A DNA stretch of 64,000 nucleotides from Amphiscolops sp. MND2022. Taxonomy: Eukaryota. Position numbers and translations under genes: made by a program. Position 1 is the first letter of the stretch. The number at the start of each line of letters is the position of its first letter. The notes below the pieces were generated by a model. It was not told the DNA's origin, made no database searches, and saw nothing but the letters and a program-made list of their open reading frames with translations. Of this stretch, positions 1 to 10,150 are shown one piece after another. Where the stretch lies: contig OZ076414.1 in the NCBI GenBank assembly GCA_964187785.1, forward strand, positions 19,468,001 through 19,532,000, written 5' to 3'.

Positions 1-477
1 CAGAATATCACTTATGCGTTCAAGAAAACAGTTGGACATTTCTGCCGTTTGCACTGCAATGTTTCTCATCGATTTGGGTCGAGGGATTTTTTCTTGGTTT
101 CTTTTTGGCTGCTTGAAAAATGAATTTTCACCCATTTTTTCGTTGTAATGAACTGCGCGTTGTAGTTTTAGGAATATTTGCCCACTTTGATGTAGCGATT
201 GGCTTGCATGCAACAAGAGAAAATATGTTGAATAAACACAAGGCACTCTATGCTCGCCTTGTTTAGGAGGCTTGTGCCCATCAATTTCGAGTAGCAGGTG
301 ATAGTGTTTTTCTCTAACTGGACAGAAGATGTCATGATCATCCGTATGAAGACCAAAGGCGTAATTTTTTGACATTTCCGATGATATTTTTGGCTCTGTG
401 TAAGCTATGAAGTACCTGAAGTTTTTGCGAAATTTGAGATAGTATTCAGGCGTTTGTTCGATCATTGCTTCAACCAT
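1..477 (-). CDS. Edge-truncated ORF (>=159 aa) with HUH-like motif; possible Rep/NS1-like endonuclease
   Basis: ATG at 477-475 with an upstream in-frame TAA at 510-508, open to position 1: MVEAMIEQTPEYYLKF...VREKHYHLLLEIDG...AVHYNEKMG... HYH lies at codons 58-60 (nt 306-298) and a YxxK at 111-114. Absent from the ORF track because it has no stop in the window. The ORF is well supported; the function is motif-level only. Confidence 0.5.
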   Translation of the reverse strand, partial: MVEAMIEQTPEYYLKFRKNFRYFIAYTEPKISSEMSKNYAFGLHTDDHDIFCPVREKHYHLLLEIDGHKPPKQGEHRVPCVYSTYFLLLHASQSLHQSGQIFLKLQRAVHYNEKMGENSFFKQPKRNQEKIPRPKSMRNIAVQTAEMSNCFLERISDIL

Positions 478-607
478 TTCAACTGAAAAACTTCCTATTT
501 TTACTTTTTAGCTCATTGTTGTTCTTAAATGGATGGAAAAGAAGTTTATTTGAAAAGTTTAAATAGTTATTGAAAACTCATCACATTTGAAACAGAATTG
601 AATTAGT

Positions 608-949
608 TTAACATTTACTAATTTTCCTTGAAGGTGACGATGCAATTGGAGTGTCTGGTCTTTTGAGTGTGCCAGGCAACGGTTCCTTCTGGAGGTCCGT
701 AGCAGGCCCCGTGCTGATATTCTCCACGTTGTTTATAATTTCTCGAAATTCTTGTACAGTCAGTGTAATTCGTTGATCGATGTAAAAGTCGTCGTCTGAT
801 CCTTTCTTGAAAAGTTTGAGGGAAATGTAAGTTCCTGTTGTCTGGTATGTTTTTGTGGACACTCTGACCAGTCTCCGGTTGTTTTTTGATACATCTAGGA
901 AGCTGTCTCCATATTCTTGATCGGTTGTGGAATTGTAGGGCCGGCTCAT
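608..949 (-). CDS. PC4-like ssDNA-binding protein (113 aa)
   Basis: First ATG at 949. RRLVRVS...GTYISLKLF...RITLTVQEFREII follows the PC4/Sub1 strand-strand-strand-helix pattern; PC4-like genes are known from Polinton-like elements. Confidence 0.6.
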   Translation of the reverse strand: MSRPYNSTTDQEYGDSFLDVSKNNRRLVRVSTKTYQTTGTYISLKLFKKGSDDDFYIDQRITLTVQEFREIINNVENISTGPATDLQKEPLPGTLKRPDTPIASSPSRKISKC

Positions 950-999
950 ATTATTTTTATAATGAAATGTTATTTCTAAGATTTGCGATCTCAACAGTC

Positions 1000-1363
1000 A
1001 ACTGTCGGCTTTGGTGATTTCAAGCTAATGACTACGTCTGTTCTCTTAAAGTGATAAGTACTCTCAATACCACGCGCACGTGAATCAGCTTAGGGTCACT
1101 ATTTCTCGGTTTCTAAACAAATTTTTATCTTTTGTTTACAAAGTTTCTCGTTTGTTAATCTTGAAAGTATCCCGTCCGCAAGGTATGAATCATTTTAAAC
1201 ACCTTTATCTCGTATCATTGTTATGACTGTTTGTTTTATTGTCTAGACGTAGTACATGTAACTAGGGTTATAAACAAATTTTGTTTACATGAATAGACTT
1301 TTCTTAAACAGGTTTTTGTCACTTTGATAAAGAACGATTCAACATTCAGTTTTTCTGAGAACA
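1000..1363. promoter_or_regulatory. Divergent intergenic region with clustered TAAACA/TGTTTA (forkhead-like) sites
   Basis: Lies between head-to-head ORFs. TAAACA/TGTTTA at about 1113, 1133, 1271, 1282 and 1305, including the near-palindrome TAAACAAATTTTGTTTA. Confidence 0.35.
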
Positions 1364-2062
1364 ATGAAACTTCAAATTCAAACTTTCACTGATTCTGATG
1401 ATTCTCTGCGTTTCACTTTCTATGAAAGTTGGTTCAATAAATCCATTATCGTCGTTAAAGAGGAACGATTCAGCGATGAGGACTGGTCTGTGGTCAATTC
1501 CTTAGCAATTCCAAAAAATCTCTTCAGTGTTCTCAGGGCAACTAGTCCCGCGCCAAGTTTGAGCTCTAATCTTTCTCTAGTTGTGACAGATGACACAACT
1601 TATCGAGCTAAAACAGTTGAAGATCGACTACATCTACCCTTACACGTTCGAAAAACGCTTCTGGATCGTGATTGTGAAGAAATACCGCTGTATGAGAACC
1701 AGACCGGGTATTTTAACGATGTAGAAACTCTGGAATGGTTCTGGGATATACCGAAAGACGACGGAAAATTGCATCATGGATCTGATGCCGACACGAACCT
1801 AGCTCTCCCGAACACTATACCTGAATGTGATGGTGGCATTTTCATCTGTGAGACGCCTTGTACCGCAGCTGCTTTGGAGACGCCACCATGCTTGATCAAC
1901 ACAGATGGGGAGGAAACTTCCATGCGTGAGTCCCCCTCCACTCCAGAAACGAAAGATCCAATGGATCATATAGATTGTCCCCCTGCACCGAAAAAACGAA
2001 GAATCATCAAACGACCTAGTATCCCCATCAAAGTGCAACCTCTCAACTTTTCCGAGTTCTAG
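1364..2062 (+). CDS. Hypothetical protein (232 aa), acidic, S/T-P rich, C-terminal CPPAPKKRR motif
   Basis: Clean ATG-to-TAG ORF directly upstream of pPolB; basic NLS-like tail. Confidence 0.7.
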   Translation: MKLQIQTFTDSDDSLRFTFYESWFNKSIIVVKEERFSDEDWSVVNSLAIPKNLFSVLRATSPAPSLSSNLSLVVTDDTTYRAKTVEDRLHLPLHVRKTLLDRDCEEIPLYENQTGYFNDVETLEWFWDIPKDDGKLHHGSDADTNLALPNTIPECDGGIFICETPCTAAALETPPCLINTDGEETSMRESPSTPETKDPMDHIDCPPAPKKRRIIKRPSIPIKVQPLNFSEF

Positions 2063-2480
2063 TGTTTTTTCCTCTAATTTTGTTGCCTATGTTTAATCGT
2101 GCTTCTCTTCAAATACACCGTAACATGATAATCATTCTTCTTTTTCAATACATCATAACATTTTTCTGTAATTTAATTTTAATATGGCTTGTTTTTTTCT
2201 CAATTCGGTGTTGAGGTGTTCATCCTTAAGTTTGTCTAGACAGAGCTCGGTTTTCTTTTTAAAAAGTTGTTAGCAAACGGAGCCTTTGGGCAAATATTTG
2301 TTCATTTACATGATAGTTTTATTGCTTGCAATTTTTATGAGTTGACCCAGTTTTGGGGAAAAAGCGTTAGTCGCAGCTTGTGTCATAAATTTTTATTATT
2401 TGTAAACATTTCGTGAGACATTTTTCTCGAGATACAAGTTCTGTCATTATTTTTCGCTAATACCTCAAGTTGAGTTGAAA

Positions 2481-5400
2481 ATGATCGTCTGTCATCTGTG
2501 TAACAAACATTTTTCGAAAAAATGTAATCTTTATCGTCATCTGAGAAACATTCACGGAGAGACTCCTCTGCTTAGGAAAGATTTAAAATGTACTCAGTGT
2601 AATTTTACCTGCACGTCAGTGTCGGAACTCAAGCTACATGAACAAACGTCCCATTCACTACATGACACGAAGTTGTGTATTTATTGTAGAAAAGTTTTCC
2701 ACTCTCTGAAGGCTTTCAATTCTCATCTAACGAGTGTTCATTCCCTTCCACCTGTATTGTCTTCTCAAAACGAGAGAACTCATCGTCCAGAAATCTCAGC
2801 TCTTAATGGCACCGCTGAATCCTTCTTCTTGAAAGCCAGTCCCAATGACTATGATTTTCTACAATTTATGATTGAGCAAAAGCCTATAATCAAAGAGATA
2901 ATATCCGAGAGTCTTCAAACAGAATCTCGAAAAGTACAATTTTCCGCTAATTTGATCGTAGAAAAGCCAGCTGTCTCCATTGACGATGATGGACAAGAAA
3001 TAGCCATTCATGTCAATTCCAAGCTAGAAGCAGTGTATCTTGCTGATGGCTTTTCTGATGATGCCTTTTCTCGTATGCTCGACCAAATGCTTACAAGTCT
3101 TATGAGCTTTACCTCCCATGGGAGTGGTTGGATCCTGCAGAAGATTATCGGATTGAATATTCGTCTAGTTTCCCATGTTCCCATCCGCGCTTCGTCCTTC
3201 ATTGCCCTACCATCTTCTTTGCAAAGCATGGCTTGCTTGCTCAACATTCGAAACCGTAACGATAACAATTGTTTTCTCTACTGTTATGTCGCCGCTTGGC
3301 ACTTCAAGTTTGGCCCGAGTCTTCATGACAACGTTAGTTGGCGCTTGCGTACAAGTCCCGAAACTTATAGCAGGTCCAATTTACTGGCACACCAACCTGT
3401 TGGTGATTTTGAAATGCCAATGGGATTTAATCAGATTCCCAAGTTCGAGCGCTTCAATAATGTTCAAGTCAATGTCTTTCATTATCGAAAGAAGACGCTG
3501 ATTCCTGTTCTCATCTCGAAAAATAGAGATTCTCGCTTTGTTATTGACTTGCTCTTACTTACTGATGGACAGAGGCATCATTATGTTTTGATCAAAGATC
3601 TCAAAGTGTTTGTTAATAATATTAGAGGCTTGTCTCCTCGTTCAGGTACTGTACTTTGTCGAAATTGCTTCCATATTTGCTCAACTGACGAAATTTATCA
3701 ACGTCATGTTCAATCCTGCTTAGAACACGAAGCCGCCACAATCAAAATGCCTCCACCGGAGAAAAGCACGCTATGTTTCCAGAATTATCAAGCAAAATGG
3801 TTTGTTCCTTTTGTAATTTATTTTGATTTTGAATCCTTGATAAAACCCGAACAGAGTTGTTCAAATAACCCAGACGGAAGTTTTTCCCAGACGATTGAAC
3901 TTCACGAACCTTGTGGCTTCTGTGTAGCTGTTGTCGAACTTGACAATCCAAAACCAGCTTTCATGAAAGTTGAAAGATCACCAAAATGTATGCAGAGTTT
4001 CGCTATACTGCTACAACAACTAGCTAAAGATATTTACGGTAAGAAACAGTTACATCGAGTCTACCATGGACAACCTCCTAGCGCTAATGATTCTGTTTGC
4101 TGGTTGTGTGAAGCTCCTCTAAGCACAACTGAGAGAGTGGTAGATCATTGTCATTCCACTGGAAAATTCTTGGGTTTCGCGCATAGTAAATGCAACCTTA
4201 AGCGCCGAACTGTCAATTATATTCCTGTAGTGGCGCACAATTTATCAAATTACGATCTCCATCACATTTGCAAAAATCTACATTTCTTCTCAGAAGATTG
4301 TCGAGTTCAAGTTATACCGCTGAATGACGAAAAATATGTTTCTCTCTCCATTGGTGTCAAAGTTGACACCTACATTGATTCACGCGGTGTCGAAAAGAAC
4401 GTTTATGAATACCTACGTTTCATTGATTCATACAGATTCATGGCTTCTTCCTTGGAAAAGTTAGTTAGTTTTTTGCCAAAAGATAGCTTTCATCTCCTTG
4501 ATCTTACTTTCTCAGACCATAGCCAAGCAGACTGTGAACTCCTCTATCAGAAGGGATTTTACCCCTACTCATATTTCGATTCTCATGAAAAGTTCAATGA
4601 AAAACAACTACCTCCTAGAAGGTTCTGGACCAATTCCCTACAAGATGGCGCAATATCAATTTCGGAAACTGAATTTGAGCACGCTAAGCACGTATTTGCT
4701 GTTTTTAACTGTGAAACTCTGGGAGATTACCATGATGTGTATTTAATCAGCGACACTCTTTTGTTAGCTTGTGTTTTCGAAGCATTCCGCAAGATGACTT
4801 TCTCAACTTATGGTCTCGACAGTGCCCACTTTTTTACTTGCTCAAACCTATCTGGGGATGCTTTCCTTAAAGTCAGTGGAGCTGACGTCGAGCTTCTAAC
4901 GAATAGAGAACATCTCGAGATGGCAGAAAATCTCATAAGAGGTGGTGTTGATTCAGTTTTTTCAAAACGTCTAGCGACGATGAATAATGAGTATTTGACT
5001 ACCTATGACGAATTAAAAGCCACAACTTCTGCTATAATGTTGGACGCGAATAACTTGTACGGAGGAATTATGGAGAAATTTCCTTTACCTCTGAAAGATT
5101 TTGCAATGGATACGGAGACTCAGCTGAGTACAATTCTAGCTACACCTAACGAATCGGCTGTTGGTTATGTTCTAGAAGTTGATTTAGAATATCCTGACTC
5201 TCTTCATAATCTTCACAAAGATTTTCCCCTGGCACCAACCAAGGAGAAGGTGGAAACTGATTGTTTGTCGGATTATCAGTTATCTCTTTTGCAAACAATT
5301 GGTCAGAAGCGAATAGTCACCCAGAAATTAGTTCAAACTCTTCACCACAAACAAAACTATACTATTCATTACATCACTCTCAAACTGTACGTTAGTCTTG

Positions 5401-6754
5401 GATTAAAGGTTACGAAAGTTCACCGCGTCTTGAAATTTACTCAAGCGAAATGGATGGAACCTTACATCACTTTGAACACAGATATGCGAGCCAAATCAAC
5501 TAACAAGTTCGAAGAATCTTTCTTCAAGTTGATGAACAACTCATGCTATGGCAAAACGCTTGAGAGCAAGAGGAACAGAGTAGCTGTAAAATTACTTCGG
5601 AGCCGTGAAGAAGTTCTGGATAACACTGACAAAGCCTTGTGCAAATCGGTGAAGATTTTCGACGAGAACCTTATCGCTGTGACACTCCGAAAAGGCGAAA
5701 TTGTCTGGGATACACCCACAATTGTAGGAGCTTGCATTTTGGACCTTGCAAAGTACCATATGTACCAGTTCCACTATAAGGTGAGCTTTTTCTGGTATTT
5801 ATTCATTCGTCTTAGCTCTAGCTCTTTGTATGCTCTTAGATTTTTGAAACTCTTGAATAATTTGCAGTCTCTTCATTTCAGGTGATGAAGCTGAATTTCG
5901 ATTGTTCTCTACTCTACTCAGACACTGATTCTCTGTTATACGAGATTCGAGGAGACGATTTCTACAAAAAGCTGGCCGATGACACACTTCTGAAGCAACA
6001 TTTTGACTTTTCGAACTACCCACCTGACCATTTCTTGTACAACACTGAAAACAAAATGGTGACACTGAAGTTTAAGGAGGAAATGAGGGGCTCCGCTATC
6101 AAGGAATTCGTTGGTCTGAAAGCCAAAATGTATTCTATTGTTTATGAAGACAAACAGAAGATGTCTGCGAAAGGTGTTTGCCGGTATGCTCAGTCTTCTC
6201 TCAATCACGAGGTCTACAGAAATGTTCTTATGACAGGAAGTTTGATGCGGTCTACCAACATCAGAATTGGGGCACAGAAGCATATCCTACGAACGATTCG
6301 AAATCAGAAAATTTCTCTATCTGCTTTCGACGATAAACGGTTCATTCTCGAAGACGGTATCACATGTTTACCGTTCGGACACTTTGAAATTCGAGATCTT
6401 CCAGTGTTCCGTGAGATTGTACAAGATGATGACTGGGGTTCATCTCAGAGTCTCTCTCGAAATGAACTGGCTTCATCACCTTCCTGGTCCCAAATTGTCA
6501 ACGATTTCAATGTCTCACCTCCTAGTAATGTCCCATCGCTGGTTGATATAGGTGTCAGTGATGAGTCAGATCAATATGTGGACTCGGAAATGTTATCCCA
6601 CTCGTCTGTTCATATTTTCTCGCCGCCAGATCCTGGTTTCAATCAACGCGCCTACTCTGACGACGAACTTGGAGATGTAGCTGACTTCAACGAGGACACT
6701 GCCGACTATTCATTGCCAAGAGGACGTAACCCCTTCATAGACGACGAGGCGTAG
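2481..6754 (+). CDS. polB: Protein-primed family B DNA polymerase (Polinton/Maverick type), 2 exons (2481-5780, 5882-6754), about 1390 aa
   Basis: Three N-terminal C2H2 fingers; OTU-like NDNNCFLYC...HYVLI; ExoI IYFDFES; HNH/EndoVII CWLC...DHCHSTGKFLGFAHSKCN; ExoII HNLSNYD; IRGG; motif A LDANNLYG; motif B KLMNNSCYGK; motif C LYSDTDS in exon 2. Confidence 0.95.
5781..5881 (+). other. 101-nt phase-0 spliceosomal intron in pPolB
   Basis: AAG|GTGAGC ... TTTCAG|GTG. Splicing gives YQFHYK-VMKLNFDCSLLYSDTDS, the normal pPolB spacing. Also present in the duplicate at 8912-9012. Confidence 0.9.
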
Positions 6755-7018
6755 GAAATAGACGAGAGTTTTGTGATATCTGATTCTGAATCACCCACAA
6801 TTGCCTACACCCAAGTGCCAACTTCCCCATCATTGTTTCAACCCAATCCCAAACGTAGACGAGTTGTTGTTATCTCTAGTGACAGTGATGAGTAATTTTT
6901 CTGTTTTTTTTCAATCTTTTCTTTGTGATCTTAACGGAAATTGAATGATTCTTGAGTTTTTCTAGTCTTTTTTAGAAGCTTTGCAGAAAAAACTACGTTG
7001 AAAAAGGACAAAACATCT

Positions 7019-8613
7019 AAAATGCTGCTCAAAAATCTGCCGTACAAAAGCTATGCCAAAAATATCCGTAGCAAAATGCTGCCAAAAAAACTACGAAAAG
7101 AAACTATCGCCAAAAATAAGCGTACCGAAATGCTGCTCAAAAATCTGCCGTACAAAAGCTATGCCAAAAATATCCGTAGCAAAATGCTGCCGAAAAAACT
7201 ACGAAGAGAAATTATCGCTAAAAATAAGCGTACCGAAATGCTGCTCAAAAATCTGCCGTACAAAAGCTATGCCAAAAAAATCCGTAGCAAAATGCTGCCG
7301 AAAAAACTACGAAGAGAAACTAGCGCCCAAAATAAGCGTACCGAAATGCTGCTCAAAAATCGACCGTACAAAAGCTATGCCAAAAATACCCGTAGCAAAA
7401 TGCTGCCGAAAAAAACTACGAAGAGAAGCTATCGCCCAAAATAAGCGTACCGAAATGCTGCTCAAAAATCGACCGTACAAAAGCTATGCCAAAAATACCC
7501 GTAGCAAAATGCTGCCGAAAAAAAAACTACGAAGAGAAACTATCGCCGAAAAATAAGCGTACCGAAATGCTCCTCAAAAATATGCCGTACAAAAGCTATG
7601 CCAAAAATATCCGTAGCAAAATGCTGCCGAAAAAACTACGAAGAGAAACTATCGCCCAAAATAAGCGTACCGAAATGCTGCTCAAAAAAATGACCGTACA
7701 AAACCTATGCCAAAAATATCCGTAGCAAAATGCTGCCGAAAAAACTACGAAGAGAAACTATCGCCAAAAATAAGCGTACCGAAATGCTCCTCAAAAATAT
7801 GCCGTACAAAAGCTATGCCAAAAATATCCGTAGCAAAATGCTGCCGAAAAAACAACGAAAAGAAACTATCGCCAAAAATAAGCGTACCGAAATGCTGCTC
7901 AAAAATCTGCCGTACATAAGCTATGCCAAAAATATCCGTAGCAAAATGCTGCCGAAAAAACTACGAAGAGAAACTATCGCCAAAAATAAGCGTACCGAAA
8001 TGCTCCTCAAAAATCTGCCATACAAAAGCTATGCCAAAAATATCCGTAGCAAAATGCTGCCGAAAAAACTACGAAGAGAAACTATCGCCAAAAATAGGCG
8101 TACCGAAATGCTCCTCAAAAATCTGCCGTACAAAAGCTATGCCAAAAATATCCGTAGCAAAATGCTGCCGAAAAAACAACGAAAAGAAACTATCGCCAAA
8201 AATAAGCGTACCGAAATGCTGCTCAAAAATCTGCCGTACATAAGCTATGCCAAAAATATCCGTAGCAAAATGCTGCCGAAAAAACTACGAAGAGAAACTA
8301 TCGCCAAAAATAAGCGTACCGAAATGCTCCTCAAAAATCCGCCATACAAAAGCTATGCCAAAAATATCCATAGCAAAATGCTGCCGAAAAAACTACGAAG
8401 AGAAACTATCGCCCAAAATAAGCGTACCGAATTGCTGCTCAAAAATCTGCCGTACAAAAGCTATGCCAAAAATATCCGTAGCAAAATGCTGCCGAAAAAA
8501 CTACGAAGAGAAACTATCGCCAAAAAAAGCGTACCGAAATGCTGCTCAAAAATCTGCCGTACAAAAGCTATGCCAAAAATATCCGTAGCAAAATGCTGCC
8601 GAAAAAACTACGA
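7019..8613 (+). repeat. 108-bp satellite array 1 (about 15 units)
   Basis: Unit AAAATGCTGCCGAAAAAACTACGAAGAGAAACTATCGCCAAAAATAAGCGTACC+GAAATGCTGCTCAAAAATCTGCCGTACAAAAGCTATGCCAAAAATATCCGTAGC. Confidence 0.97.
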
Positions 8614-10026
8614 TATGCGAGCCAAATCAACTAACAAGTTCGAAGAATCTTTCTTCAAGTTGATGAACAACTCATGCTATGGCAAAACGCTTGAGAGCAA
8701 GAGGAACAGAGTAGCTGTAAAATTACTTCGGAGCCGTGAAGAAGTTCTGGATAACACTGACAAAGCCTTGTGCAAATCGGTGAAGATTTTCGACGAGAAC
8801 CTTATCGCTGTGACACTCCGAAAAGGCGAAATTGTCTGGGATACACCCACAATTGTAGGAGCTTGCATTTTGGACCTTGCAAAGTACCATATGTACCAGT
8901 TCCACTATAAGGTGAGCTTTTTCTGGTATTTATTCATTCGTCTTAGCTCTAGCTCTTTGTATGCTCTTAGATTTTTGAAACTCTTGAATAATTTGCAGTC
9001 TCTTCATTTCAGGTGATGAAGCTGAATTTCGATTGTTCTCTACTCTACTCAGACACTGATTCTCTGTTATACGAGATTCGAGGAGACGATTTCTACAAAA
9101 AGCTGGCCGATGACACACTTCTGAAGCAACATTTTGACTTTTCGAACTACCCACCTGACCATTTCTTGTACAACACTGAAAACAAAATGGTGACACTGAA
9201 GTTTAAGGAGGAAATGAGGGGCTCCGCTATCAAGGAATTCGTTGGTCTGAAAGCCAAAATGTATTCTATTGTTTATGAAGACAAACAGAAGATGTCTGCG
9301 AAAGGTGTTTGCCGGTATGCTCAGTCTTCTCTCAATCACGAGGTCTACAGAAATGTTCTTATGACAGGAAGTTTGATGCGGTCTACCAACATCAGAATTG
9401 GGGCACAGAAGCATATCCTACGAACGATTCGAAATCAGAAAATTTCTCTATCTGCTTTCGACGATAAACGGTTCATTCTCGAAGACGGTATCACATGTTT
9501 ACCGTTCGGACACTTTGAAATTCGAGATCTTCCAGTGTTCCGTGAGATTGTACAAGATGATGACTGGGGTTCATCTCAGAGTCTCTCTCGAAATGAACTG
9601 GCTTCATCACCTTCCTGGTCCCAAATTGTCAACGATTTCAATGTCTCACCTCCTAGTAATGTCCCATCGCTGGTTGATATAGGTGTCAGTGATGAGTCAG
9701 ATCAATATGTGGACTCGGAAATGTTATCCCACTCGTCTGTTCATATTTTCTCGCCGCCAGATCCTGGTTTCAATCAACGCGCCTACTCTGACGACGAACT
9801 TGGAGATGTAGCTGACTTCAACGAGGACACTGCCGACTATTCATTGCCAAGAGGACGTAACCCCTTCATAGACGACGAGGCGCAGGAAATAGACGAGAGT
9901 TTTGTGATATCTGATTCTGAATCACCCACAATTGCCTACACCCAAGTGCCAACTTCCCCATCATTGTTTCAACCCAATCCCAAACGTAGACGAGTTGTTG
10001 TTATCTCTAGTGACAGTGATGAGTAA
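8612..10026 (+). pseudogene. 5'-truncated duplicate of the pPolB C-terminus
   Basis: Near-identical to 5481-6895; has CAG at 9883 where copy 1 has TAG at 6752. Confidence 0.9.
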
Positions 10027-10150
10027 TTTTTCTGTTTTTTTTTCAGTCTTTTCTTTGTGATCTTAACGGAAATTGAATGATTCTTGAGTTTTTCTAGTCT
10101 TTTTTAGAAGCTTTGCAGAAAAAACTACGTTGAAAAAGGACAAAACATCT

